From contig UYFQ01000594.1 of NCBI GenBank assembly GCA_900617105.1, positions 52,525-72,524 of the forward strand: 20,000 nucleotides of DNA, given 5' to 3'. The position numbers and the translations under genes are program-made. The stretch is from Hydrurus foetidus. Taxonomy: Eukaryota. Shown here piece by piece: positions 1 through 8,390 of this stretch. Numbering within the stretch: position 1 is the stretch's first letter; each line of letters starts with the position of its first letter. The notes beneath the pieces are model-generated. The model ran no database searches and was not told the DNA's origin. It saw only the letters and a program-made list of their open reading frames with translations.

Positions 1-1069
1 AACTTACCACAGCCAGTGACTCAGCTACATTGATCGTTCCATCGGAGCTGATTGAGAAAGCTGCTGCTTCGTTGAGCTCACTGATTGTTTCTACATGCTC
101 TTTTTTCCTTAACAGAGGGATCATGTCGCTGCATGCTTGCTTCGGGCAGATGGCATGGTAGTCTTCGAGTAGTAGACGGATTTCACAACCGCTATCAAGC
201 ATCGTAAACGGCATTCCAGTTTTCAAGAGGGCGTGAGCTACTGACATACGATATGCGTTGACATTCAGAGGTAACGTTGCTCCTGCTGCTTTCTCTTCCG
301 TTTCGTTCTCGGCTACCAGGCCTTTATAACTCAGCATTGTCAACTGACTCTTGTCTCTCCTCTTCATGTTATTTTCATGCGTTTCGCCAGTGATATGACT
401 CTTGATGCTGGAGGACTTCAGCGCTATTTCTTGCATTCCACAGGCTCGGCAGCACAATTTTCCTGCTACGACAGTGAGGCCACTTTCTGAGAACTCTTTG
501 GCGCGATCGTAGACAGACTTCGCATTTTTTCTTGTTGTCGATCTTGCCTTTAATATCGACCTTTTGTATACACCCTTGCTTGTTCTTGTTTTTCTTTTTC
601 TGTCAAGTTTACTTTTCTCAGGAAGGTCTTCATTTATCCTTTCTAATTTATTTTCGTTATCCGATCCACTATCTTGATCCGATGGTTCTGGTGAACTAAC
701 ATCATCACTGTCGACATTGTAATTTTTCTTGGGGACATAATCTTCCTCGTCATCCGAATCCGCGTCATCTGACGCACAAATTTCTATTTGCTTAAAAACT
801 CTCTTAGTCCCCTTTCTGGTAATAGCTTTGGGCTTTAGGGCAACTCTTTCAGAGGAGGTACTAGATCTGACGTCGCCTGCAGACCCGGCACCAGGCTTAA
901 AGTAGGAATATACCGCCGTGGCTGTGGGCGTTGATGTATAATTGGAAGATGGCTGAGAAGCCGACGACGACGATGACGAGCTGCATGGCAAATTTCGCCT
1001 CTTCATCTCACTGGCCTTGCTTTCATCATCATCCTCATCGGTATCGTAATCAGCAGTAATCTCTTGCAT
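1..1069 (-). CDS. hAT-like DDE transposase, N-terminal part (CGGBP1/BED-like C2H2 zinc finger); continues beyond the left edge
   Basis: Hand translation of the minus strand is open from the ATG at 1069 to position 8 (354 codons), followed by a GTAAGT donor; the ORF track misses it because it runs off the edge. It has an acidic/Ser-rich N-terminus and a basic NLS-like stretch (DRKRKTR). Then come the zinc finger KLCCRACGMQEIALKSSSIKSHITGETH, the helix YRMSVAHALLKTGMPF, and FSISSDGTINVAESLAVV, which matches the first catalytic Asp strand of hAT RNase H-fold transposases. Confidence 0.8.
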   Translation of the reverse strand, partial: MQEITADYDTDEDDDESKASEMKRRNLPCSSSSSSSASQPSSNYTSTPTATAVYSYFKPGAGSAGDVRSSTSSERVALKPKAITRKGTKRVFKQIEICASDDADSDDEEDYVPKKNYNVDSDDVSSPEPSDQDSGSDNENKLERINEDLPEKSKLDRKRKTRTSKGVYKRSILKARSTTRKNAKSVYDRAKEFSESGLTVVAGKLCCRACGMQEIALKSSSIKSHITGETHENNMKRRDKSQLTMLSYKGLVAENETEEKAAGATLPLNVNAYRMSVAHALLKTGMPFTMLDSGCEIRLLLEDYHAICPKQACSDMIPLLRKKEHVETISELNEAAAFSISSDGTINVAESLAVVS

Positions 1070-1447
1070 TCCGGTGATATTTTGGCCGATAATTAAAAGT
1101 GGAGGATGCTCGAAATCAAGGTCAGAGAAGAGTGAAGCGATAGGCGGGAGCGGGAATGTAGTAAAATAAACCATCATATCACAGCAGCCATCCAATCTTG
1201 CGGCTAAAAAAGAAATTTGGCTACTTTAAAATTGGAGAATGCTACTATTATGTTTTGATTTCTACTTAATTATAAAATTATGCCACTACTATTTCCATTA
1301 TGCCACTTATAATTTTGTCTTGCCACTTAGCATAAATAAGTGTGAATTTATGCCACTTGTTCTGCTAGCAGAATCCAAAATCCCTATAGGGTCAAATTCT
1401 GCTGAGCAACTGCTAGCAGAATCGCGAAATGCCAATGTTGGAACCCG
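1..1447 (-). mobile_element. 5' end of hAT-like DNA transposon #1 (exact terminus uncertain: 1386 or ~1447)
   Basis: The transposase ORF has an upstream AT-rich zone with repeated TGCCACT/GCTACT motifs (1219-1357) and palindromes (TTCTGCTAGCAGAA 1360-1373, CCCTATAGGG 1382-1391). On the minus strand 1386 begins TAGGGAT, the same start as the TIR of the hAT at 11087. The partner end is outside the window. Confidence 0.55.
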
Positions 1448-1473
1448 CTCACTACTCCCACCTTCAGAAAAAG

Positions 1474-1511
1474 GAAAGTTCACTTTTCCGTCGAAAGTTC
1501 ACTTTTCCGTC
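1474..1511. repeat. 19-bp direct tandem duplication GAAAGTTCACTTTTCCGTC x2
   Basis: Exact copies at 1474-1492 and 1493-1511, followed by a degenerate third copy (...ACATTTTCCGTA). Confidence 0.9.
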
Positions 1512-1866
1512 ATGTCGACATTTTCCGTATATCCTCAATGTAAGTAATTTTGAAGACGAATCTTCTCACAACCTGTTTAATTTGATCTGTTATTGCAGAA
1601 ACCCTCTTGTTTGTTCACAGCAATGGTGAATATTTTTAGAGTGATCATGATCATTTTTAGCAGATACAAATTCGCCGCAACTGAACCCCCAGAATACTCC
1701 TTACAGAGTGTATTTTGTGAAAGTTTAATTACCTCGGCTATTAGAATGTAACTGATTCTTTTTGTCTTTAAAAAGAAAACAAGTAAAAAGTTTAATATGT
1801 GAAATTAGTTACAACATTTTGAATGCCACTGAAATTTACAAAATGCAAGCGTATTTACGTGTCATA

Positions 1867-3069
1867 TCTATTATCTAACTCTGGTCTCCAAGCCTGAGTC
1901 TTGAGATGCGGCTCCGACTGTTCCACGATTTTGATCCTGGATTGTCAGGCACATTGGAAGATGAGATCAATTTTCAGAAGTGAAATATGAGCTGAAATGA
2001 CCTCAACATCAGATTTGTCGAGGATTTCATCACCTGATGCGCTCGAAGACCTATGCTCTTCGAAGCTGGAGAAAGAATCACAGCTCGGCTAGCATCGACA
2101 TTTGGAGCCTACAAAAGCAAATACATTTTAAAATGGTGAGAGAGGTCAAATTTGATGTTGAGGAACGCTATCATCTATTTTAGAGTATTTGCAGGGTGAT
2201 TTTTGAGTGGATACATCAGAAAATGATCATTTTTCGACCACAGAATAAAGAGTTAAAGAGGTTGGTGGAGCAAAAACTTTGCATTTACATCGAGTGAGCA
2301 ACCATTCAATAATTTCTGCTCGTTTTGGGCTCCACCATGTCATATTGACGCCGCCTCCTGGGCAGCATTCTGCGTGAAAGTGTAATTTCTTGGTCCATAA
2401 CACCTTTTCAGTCTTTCACCCACAACTATTTTCAATGATCGAATTATTGACTTCTGAATAGCGCATGTTGTAGACCATGTAAAGATTAGTGATTTGGCCG
2501 AAGGGAATTGAATATAAAAATTTATTGATGATGATAGGGCACTAAACGTCAGTATTTTAAATTCTTCCTGTTACGGATTTGAGAATCGTGAAAAAGTACC
2601 CAAAGTTTGGAAGTGTACCCAACTGTCATCCAGTATATTCGTCTCTGCGCACAATTCTAGCTGATACCAGAGCTCCACCATTTCTCTAGCGGTGGAGCTT
2701 CTGAGTAGCTTGGGCTTCTCAAGAAGGCCAACTTTACCAGGTTCGATACTCAAATGTTGCTCTGGACTACAACTGAATTTTGTTTTTGCAGCAACTTATG
2801 TTGATGATTTTCAAAACCTTGCTGACCCTCTTGCCACTCGTTTTGTTGCCCGAGAATCAGGAAAAAGTGCGAGCACATCGTAGGTCATCTGGATCCGCCG
2901 GTAATTTTCCAATTGATGGTGAGCTCATCTTTCTGTGAACATCCAAGTGCCATATTTTTTCCCTAAGAATTGGGTGACTTTTTCTGATGCTGGAGTCTGG
3001 GAAATGTGTTTGATTCCCTGTAGTTTTGATTTTCATGTTGCATGATGACTTCTCCTCAATGGCTTTCAA
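1867..3069 (-). pseudogene. Possible decayed multi-exon gene of unknown family
   Basis: Protein-like stretches are broken by stops and frameshifts (e.g. SIEPGKVGLLEKPKLLRSSTAREMVELWYQLELC; KVLWTKKLHFHAECCPGGGVNMTWWSPKRAEIIEWLL; SGDEILDKSDVEVISAHISLL). They are separated by AT-rich segments with acceptor-like ends (ttttgtag near 2109, tattcag near 2454). No domain recognised; boundaries are approximate. Confidence 0.35.
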
Positions 3070-3109
3070 TCAGATTAGCTCATATATGTTCCTAACTCGA
3101 ATTATCATC

Positions 3110-3430
3110 AGGAATTTCGCTGCCGTCCCCAGCGATCTGTGTTAAACGCAAGCACCACAGATCGCTGGGGACACCAATAATGAAATTAAAGCAGCCATGG
3201 ATTGTCTGTTTGTCAGTGAAACAGCCAAGGATTGCTGTATGTCAGTGAAACAGCCAAGGATCGCTGTTTGTCAGTGAAACAGCCGAGGATTTCGTAGAGG
3301 AGCCATTTATCATCTTAAGATAAATGGCTCCTCTGCCGTCCTCAGCAATCCGTGTTAAACACAAGAACCATATATTGCTGGGGACGTTAAGCACAGAGAA
3401 ACAGCCATGGATGTACAATCAGTGAAAAAG
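3110..3430. repeat. Higher-order repeat of hairpins and 29-bp units
   Basis: A perfect 17-bp inverted repeat at 3125-3141/3156-3172 has a diverged second copy at 3338-3385. The 29-bp units (GAAACAGCCAAGGATYGCTGTWTGTCAGT) start at 3218, 3247 and 3276 (partial), with degenerate copies at ~3188 and ~3398. A perfect 16-bp inverted repeat lies at 3296-3311/3319-3334. Confidence 0.92.
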
Positions 3431-3475
3431 CTTGGAATTTTGTTGAGTGCCTGTTTTGACTATCTCTATTCCATC

Positions 3476-3783
3476 TTCTCTCTCTCTCGCTCGCTCGCTC
3501 GCTCACACACAATCTCTCTCTCTCTCTCTCTCTTTCTCCTCTCACATAGGTAGATCTCTACTGCACACTCTGTCGTCTTCTATTCTCATGGTAAGGAAGA
3601 AAATTAGGTTTAAATGCACTCATGCACTCCCTCACTAATACACTCACTCACTCACTCACTCACTCACTCACTCGCTCACTCATTCATACACTCACTCACT
3701 CACTGATGCACTCACTCAATCAATCACTCACTCACTCACTCACTCACTCGCTCACTCACACACTCACTGAAGTGTGTGAGTGA
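3476..3783. repeat. Compound microsatellite (CT)n/(CGCT)n/(CACT)n ending in a 13-bp fold-back
   Basis: (CT)n and (CGCT)n runs at 3476-3543 and a long imperfect (CACT)n run at 3632-3768. TCACTCACACACT (3752-3764) pairs with AGTGTGTGAGTGA (3771-3783). Confidence 0.92.
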
Positions 3784-3870
3784 TTCTTTTCTTCACCAAT
3801 TTCTTTTTTACTAAAGTAAGAAGTACTGAAGTATCATCTGGATCAGTGAGAAGAGTAGCATCAAGTACAC

Positions 3871-4404
3871 CTACTGTAGCAGGTACTGAGATATCCAGCT
3901 GTTGAAGGGGTACAGTGGTAGTTGTTTCACTAACATTACTGCCATTTTTTGTAATGCTATGATCTCTCTTTCTTCAGCTAAGAAATTTCGAATGTTATTT
4001 CTAATTGGTTCTATTAATTCGTTACCTACAGTGGTATCATCACCCAAAATTTTCATTTTGTAAGCATTATATTGCCTATGTAAATAATGGAAGAAGTCGC
4101 TTTTCTTTCTGGACTGAAGAAAGAGAACAGAATAAGTTCTTGAGACGTATACTCGTAGGCAATGCAGCGAAAGTCCGAGCTGTATATGTACTAAATTTGG
4201 GATTGCGAAGGCCTGTTTTAAACGATTACTTTTGCCATCGCGACGAACAGAGCCATACACTACACTCCTCAAATCATGCATTATTGTCTCTGCATCGCGA
4301 AAGTCGCAGTAAGTGATGGGACTACTCATCGCAATGGCGATGGCCATCGCATTTGCTATCTCCTCGTCCAATTTTGGTGGAATAAACTGTAATTCGTTAA
4401 CCAT
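3871..4404 (-). CDS. Hypothetical 177-aa protein (orphan, intronless)
   Basis: ATG-initiated 534-nt ORF with natural, helical-looking composition; the longest ORF in this region. No recognisable motif. Confidence 0.4.
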   Translation of the reverse strand: MVNELQFIPPKLDEEIANAMAIAIAMSSPITYCDFRDAETIMHDLRSVVYGSVRRDGKSNRLKQAFAIPNLVHIQLGLSLHCLRVYVSRTYSVLFLQSRKKSDFFHYLHRQYNAYKMKILGDDTTVGNELIEPIRNNIRNFLAEEREIIALQKMAVMLVKQLPLYPFNSWISQYLLQ

Positions 4405-4511
4405 TGTTGGTACAAAGAATGCCAGCTAGCGGAGCGAAGAAAATAAGCTTTTATTATAGTTTAAGAAAAGATTCGACTAGTCTCCGCTAGCTGAGATTAC
4501 TTCTGTATGTC

Positions 4512-5936
4512 ATGGCTTGCAATAAACATGATTTCGAGGACGTTGAGAAAGAAATCCGTTATGATTTCTGAAGGAATCAGATGACTTGTAGACAAAACAG
4601 CTCTACTAAAACTAACCAGCTCGACAAGAAGTTGGCTTGATGTACAGCTCAAAAGAGAGCGTGCGATGATATCTCGATGTATCTAGCGAACTGCGATAGC
4701 ATTGGATTGAAGAATACTGGAAGACTTCAGTGGGAAATGTGAAGTGACCGTTTCCGTATTTTGTGATAGGCAGAAATTTATCGAGGTGTTATGGACCAAG
4801 AATTTCGGCAAGACAAAAAAAATAAAAATGGCAGCTTCGATTTTTTTTCTTTCAGAGATGCACAAGGACCAGAGTGTAAAGTAGTTGCCACACTTACCTA
4901 GAATATCCAACAACGTCGAAATCCAGAGATAAGTGGTTGTGAAAAAGGGCAATTTTGAGTGTAGATTCTCCTCGTTTCTGGGTCTGACGCGCGAGGTTTC
5001 TGGGTCTGTCTGACCTCCCTTATTTGGTGCCCCCCGCCTGTGAAACATACATCAAAATATTTGTACGTACATGTACGGTCTAAATATACCTACCTTGGGT
5101 CGGTTAAAAAACATTCACTTCGAGTGGGGAAAGTGCGGTAGAAAACATTCCGCGCGCAGAGAAACAGTGGATAGCTTTCGCACGCCATATTTACGGTTTG
5201 ACGAGAAGTTTGGTTCACAATTCTTTCGAGATGGAAAACTGCAAATCAAGAGTTCTAGATTTTAGGACTTGAAGTGATTTTGGCCTCAATAGCAGAGGCA
5301 GATTCAGAGACAAAATAAATAATGGAGCTAAAGCATATTTCATCGAATATTGTGATAGCTGTAGTTTAATACTTGAACAATTCCCAATCTAATACGGGCC
5401 GGAGGTCAAAGGCCCCAAGGAATTCTATGAAGGCATCGAAATCTATCGAGTGCAGAATTTGCAGACGGGGAGCGGAAATAGAAGTTCTTGGCGGTTAAAC
5501 GCTAATGTGTGGGGACATTCAGAAGTGATTTGATTTTACAGGCATAGAATCGAAAAACAGGGGAGTAAGCGAGAAAGTTCTCGAATTATTTGGCCTTCAC
5601 GGTTCAGTTCGGCTTGGTGACGAAGTCCCTTACCCTATTGGTTATCCGGAGATATAGCAGCCACTATGTTATAATGTGTAAAATCATCGAGATTAAATAA
5701 AGAAGAGACTAAATGAAATGGGGGAAGTAAAATGGGACACCAACTTCAGATTGAGAATTGGCAAATATATTGATCACGCAGAGGAAATTAAAAAATTGGC
5801 GAGGATAATCACAACCGGTAGAAAGTCGGAAATATTTGGAGGACATAAGTGTTGCTGTTGCGTAGAAAAGAAATTTATGTTTTTCCCTCCATCCAGTCAT
5901 AAATTTCAGGATGATGATATAATATGTTATATCTAA
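4512..5936 (+). pseudogene. Possible decayed gene of unknown family
   Basis: Protein-like frames are interrupted by isolated stops: MACNKHDFEDVEKEIRYDF*RNQM..., EVTVSVFCDRQKFIEVLWTKNFG, FRDKINNGAKAYFIEYCDSCSLILEQFPI*YGPEVKGPKEFYEGIEIYRV. A further frame, GVSEKVLELFGLHGSVRLGDEVPYPIGYPEI*...IKKRLNEMGEVKWD, joins the 5718-5936 ORF in phase across three stops. Confidence 0.35.
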
Positions 5937-6060
5937 TAACATTATGATGTAATGTAGAGGTACAGCGGGAGCTAGGGGTGTAGAGTAGCCGCTCTAAAGC
6001 GTATGTGTAGTGTACGTGTTGTATATGGTATTATTGATATTAGAGCTTCCTAAGTAATGG

Positions 6061-7935
6061 TCAATGGGAGTATTGACCCTGAAGTAGGTGAGCTGGTGAG
6101 AGGTTATTATTCGAGTACTCCGTCTTGACATGATCCAACTCTACATTCGTTGCGTACACAGGCTGAGGCTGGCAAATTGACATCTGTTGATGGCCCGATT
6201 CGAAACTCGGATCCATTTTCTGTGACCCACAAATTCTTCCTCCGAGCGAGGAGAAGAACCCTGAGCTGGGCGCGGCTGAGGGTTGATACGACAGCCTTTG
6301 GAAGCCGCAGAACACGTCGTTGATTTCGGGTTGTTCCATGGCGTTGCTTTGGCCGGTCGAGAAGCAACCGGATGCTGCGTTGGTCGCTGCAATCGAACAG
6401 CAGCCTGTGACACCCCAGTCGAACGAGGATCTGTAGAATGGTACGTCAATATCGTTGGAGCGACCGACCTGGGTCTCGATAACGATACCGTCGTCCATCC
6501 AGTCGTCGAAAATGTTCTCATCGAGGTCGATGCTTGATGCTGACGGGATGTTCATTCTGAAGTCTTCGCTGAAGGTTGGGGACAGGGGCATTGTGGACAC
6601 GGGCGCGAGTCTGTCCTTCACGGACAGTCCATTGAAAGGCGTTCTGTTGTACGTTTGTGAGACGTATGACAGATCCGTGCTGCCGGAAAGTCGTAAGAGC
6701 GCTTTTCCTATGGAGCTGGAGAGCGGCAGTGGCATGGCGAAAGTGGGGGAAGGACACGTTGACACTCTGGAGGACGACGGCGAAATGACAGTGGCTGTGG
6801 GCTGCTGGGCAGCATGGTGATTTCGCTGCTGGCTCTGCATAGATATAAGGTTGCTATGCGTGAGGTCGGAGAGGAGGTCTTGCGTGCTGTTGATCGGTTG
6901 AGCCCAGCCGGCGCTCATGACTGTTGTCTCTGGAGAGAAATGATGCGTCCTGATCTGACTATTGCTATTCATCTTTTTGCTTTTCTTTGCGCACTTGTGT
7001 GTCTTGGAAGATTTCATCGTCGAACCACTTTGGGCCGGCATTATGTTCCGTATCAGGTCGGCGGAAGATATTGAGCTGTCGAACATATAAGGTACTACTG
7101 AGTTGGAGAAGACGAAGAGCGATCCGTTTTGGAAGCAGTCTGGGGACGGATATGCCAGGATAGGGCAGTGGGCCTGCATCATGGCTATGGAAGAGCCGCC
7201 TGAGGCGATGTCCGTGCGCATCCGACCGCTCGTCTCGGATCCATTTGCGGAGTTCGAGTCGCTGTCGGTGTTCCCGTCGTTATAGTGGTATGATGATTTC
7301 TCGTAATCCCCTGGTTCCTTACGGGATTGGGCGCGGCACGTGGCATGAAATCTGTTTTTGATAGCATTGTCGGTGCGCCCTGGCAGAGCTTTTGTTATCT
7401 GAAAAGGAGTGAGGTGTGACATTAGTCTCGACTGTGCGGTTTGTTCATTTAAGTAGAATTGGGAAGTAAATTGCTCTCACCTTCGCCCATTGGTTACCGA
7501 TGGTTTTTTGCATCGTAGATAGTATCAAGTCCTCCTGATAGTATCGGATGGAATGGTGGTTCGTTAGGGATCCGTGCTTCCGTTCTCGCAGATAAATTTT
7601 AAAAAGGCAGAAGAATTTTACCTCTGCTGTCCACTCTCCTTTCTTTACAGAGGGATCAAGGTGATTGTACCACCTTTCTCTGCACTGCTTCCCCGTTCTC
7701 TCGGTAAAACTTTCTCCAACTTTGGTCCACGAACAGGTGCCGTGTTCTTCGATGAGGCTCTTTAATTTCAAGTCCTCCTCGCCAGTCCATATTTCTAATT
7801 GCGGAAGATGTTTAGGTTTATCGTTACAGGGGTGGCCAGTTGATTCGTTCAGCTGCAGGTGGAGTGTTGCTCACTTTTGCTGCATGTGAGCAGGGTGTGT
7901 GAGTTGGGGTCTCGCGTGAGTTCCTTGGACATCAT
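6061..7935 (-). CDS. R2R3-type Myb transcription factor, 4 exons (7935-7875, 7794-7622, 7534-7481, 7398-6061), ~541 aa
   Basis: Spliced translation gives KKIWTGEEDLKLKSLIEEHGTCSWTKVGESFTERTGKQCRERWYNHLDPSVKKGEWTAEEDLILSTMQKTIGNQWAKITKALPGRTDNAIKNRFH, i.e. two canonical Myb repeats. Three GT-AG introns of 80, 87 and 82 bp keep the frame, and an in-frame stop lies upstream of the ATG. The long C-terminus is Ser/Pro/Gln-rich with an acidic-aromatic patch (IDLDENIFDDWMDD). Confidence 0.95.
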
Positions 7936-8366
7936 TGTTTCTTTGTTCCGAGAGACAATTTTCAAGAGTGATTAAATGCCGAAATTAACGCTCTCCGTTG
8001 ACGGGGTAGCGATGACTTTGAAGCGATCTCGCGAATCGATTGTGCTTATGGTGTCCTTTGAGTTGTAAAATTTAATCTGACGCTGTGAGGATCGTATCTT
8101 TCTTGGTGGTATTAAAATATCGATGATCGAGGAGATTTCTACACCCAAACAAATTTTTCAAACGATTTTCTGCCAGACTTCAATCTTGAAGCAACCCACA
8201 AACGCACAGTTCCGCTGAGATAAATTTTTTTCTAAAAAAACGTCATTTGGGATTTGGCATCGTCATGCATTCCGTTCTGATTTTTTTTTTGCGAAACCGG
8301 CGAAAGTATGTACTTGATCCAACTGCATTATCACACCTTCGATCTTCGAACTGCCAAGAAGAGAAG

Positions 8367-8390
8367 TACGCAGTACGCAGCACGCAGTAG
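8367..8390. repeat. Short 7-bp tandem repeat (GTACGCA-like x3)
   Basis: gtacgca gtacgca gcacgca gtag, upstream of the Myb gene. Confidence 0.7.

Noticed and set aside
1239..1629. ORFs 1239-1547 and 1429-1629
   Set aside because: They run across transposon subterminal repeats and a tandem duplication; the repeated peptides simply mirror DNA repeats.
3188..3295. 29-bp palindromic repeats as a CRISPR-like array or coding repeat
   Set aside because: There are no spacers between units, and the 29-bp period does not keep a reading frame.
5620..5740. PD-(D/E)xK nuclease motif suggested by YPEI...GEVK
   Set aside because: It has PE rather than PD, there are three stops in between, and the residues before GEVK look helical rather than like a hydrophobic strand.
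6107..7889. Many overlapping alternative-frame and antisense ORFs over the Myb gene
   Set aside because: They are shadows of a GC-richer coding region and carry no motifs of their own.
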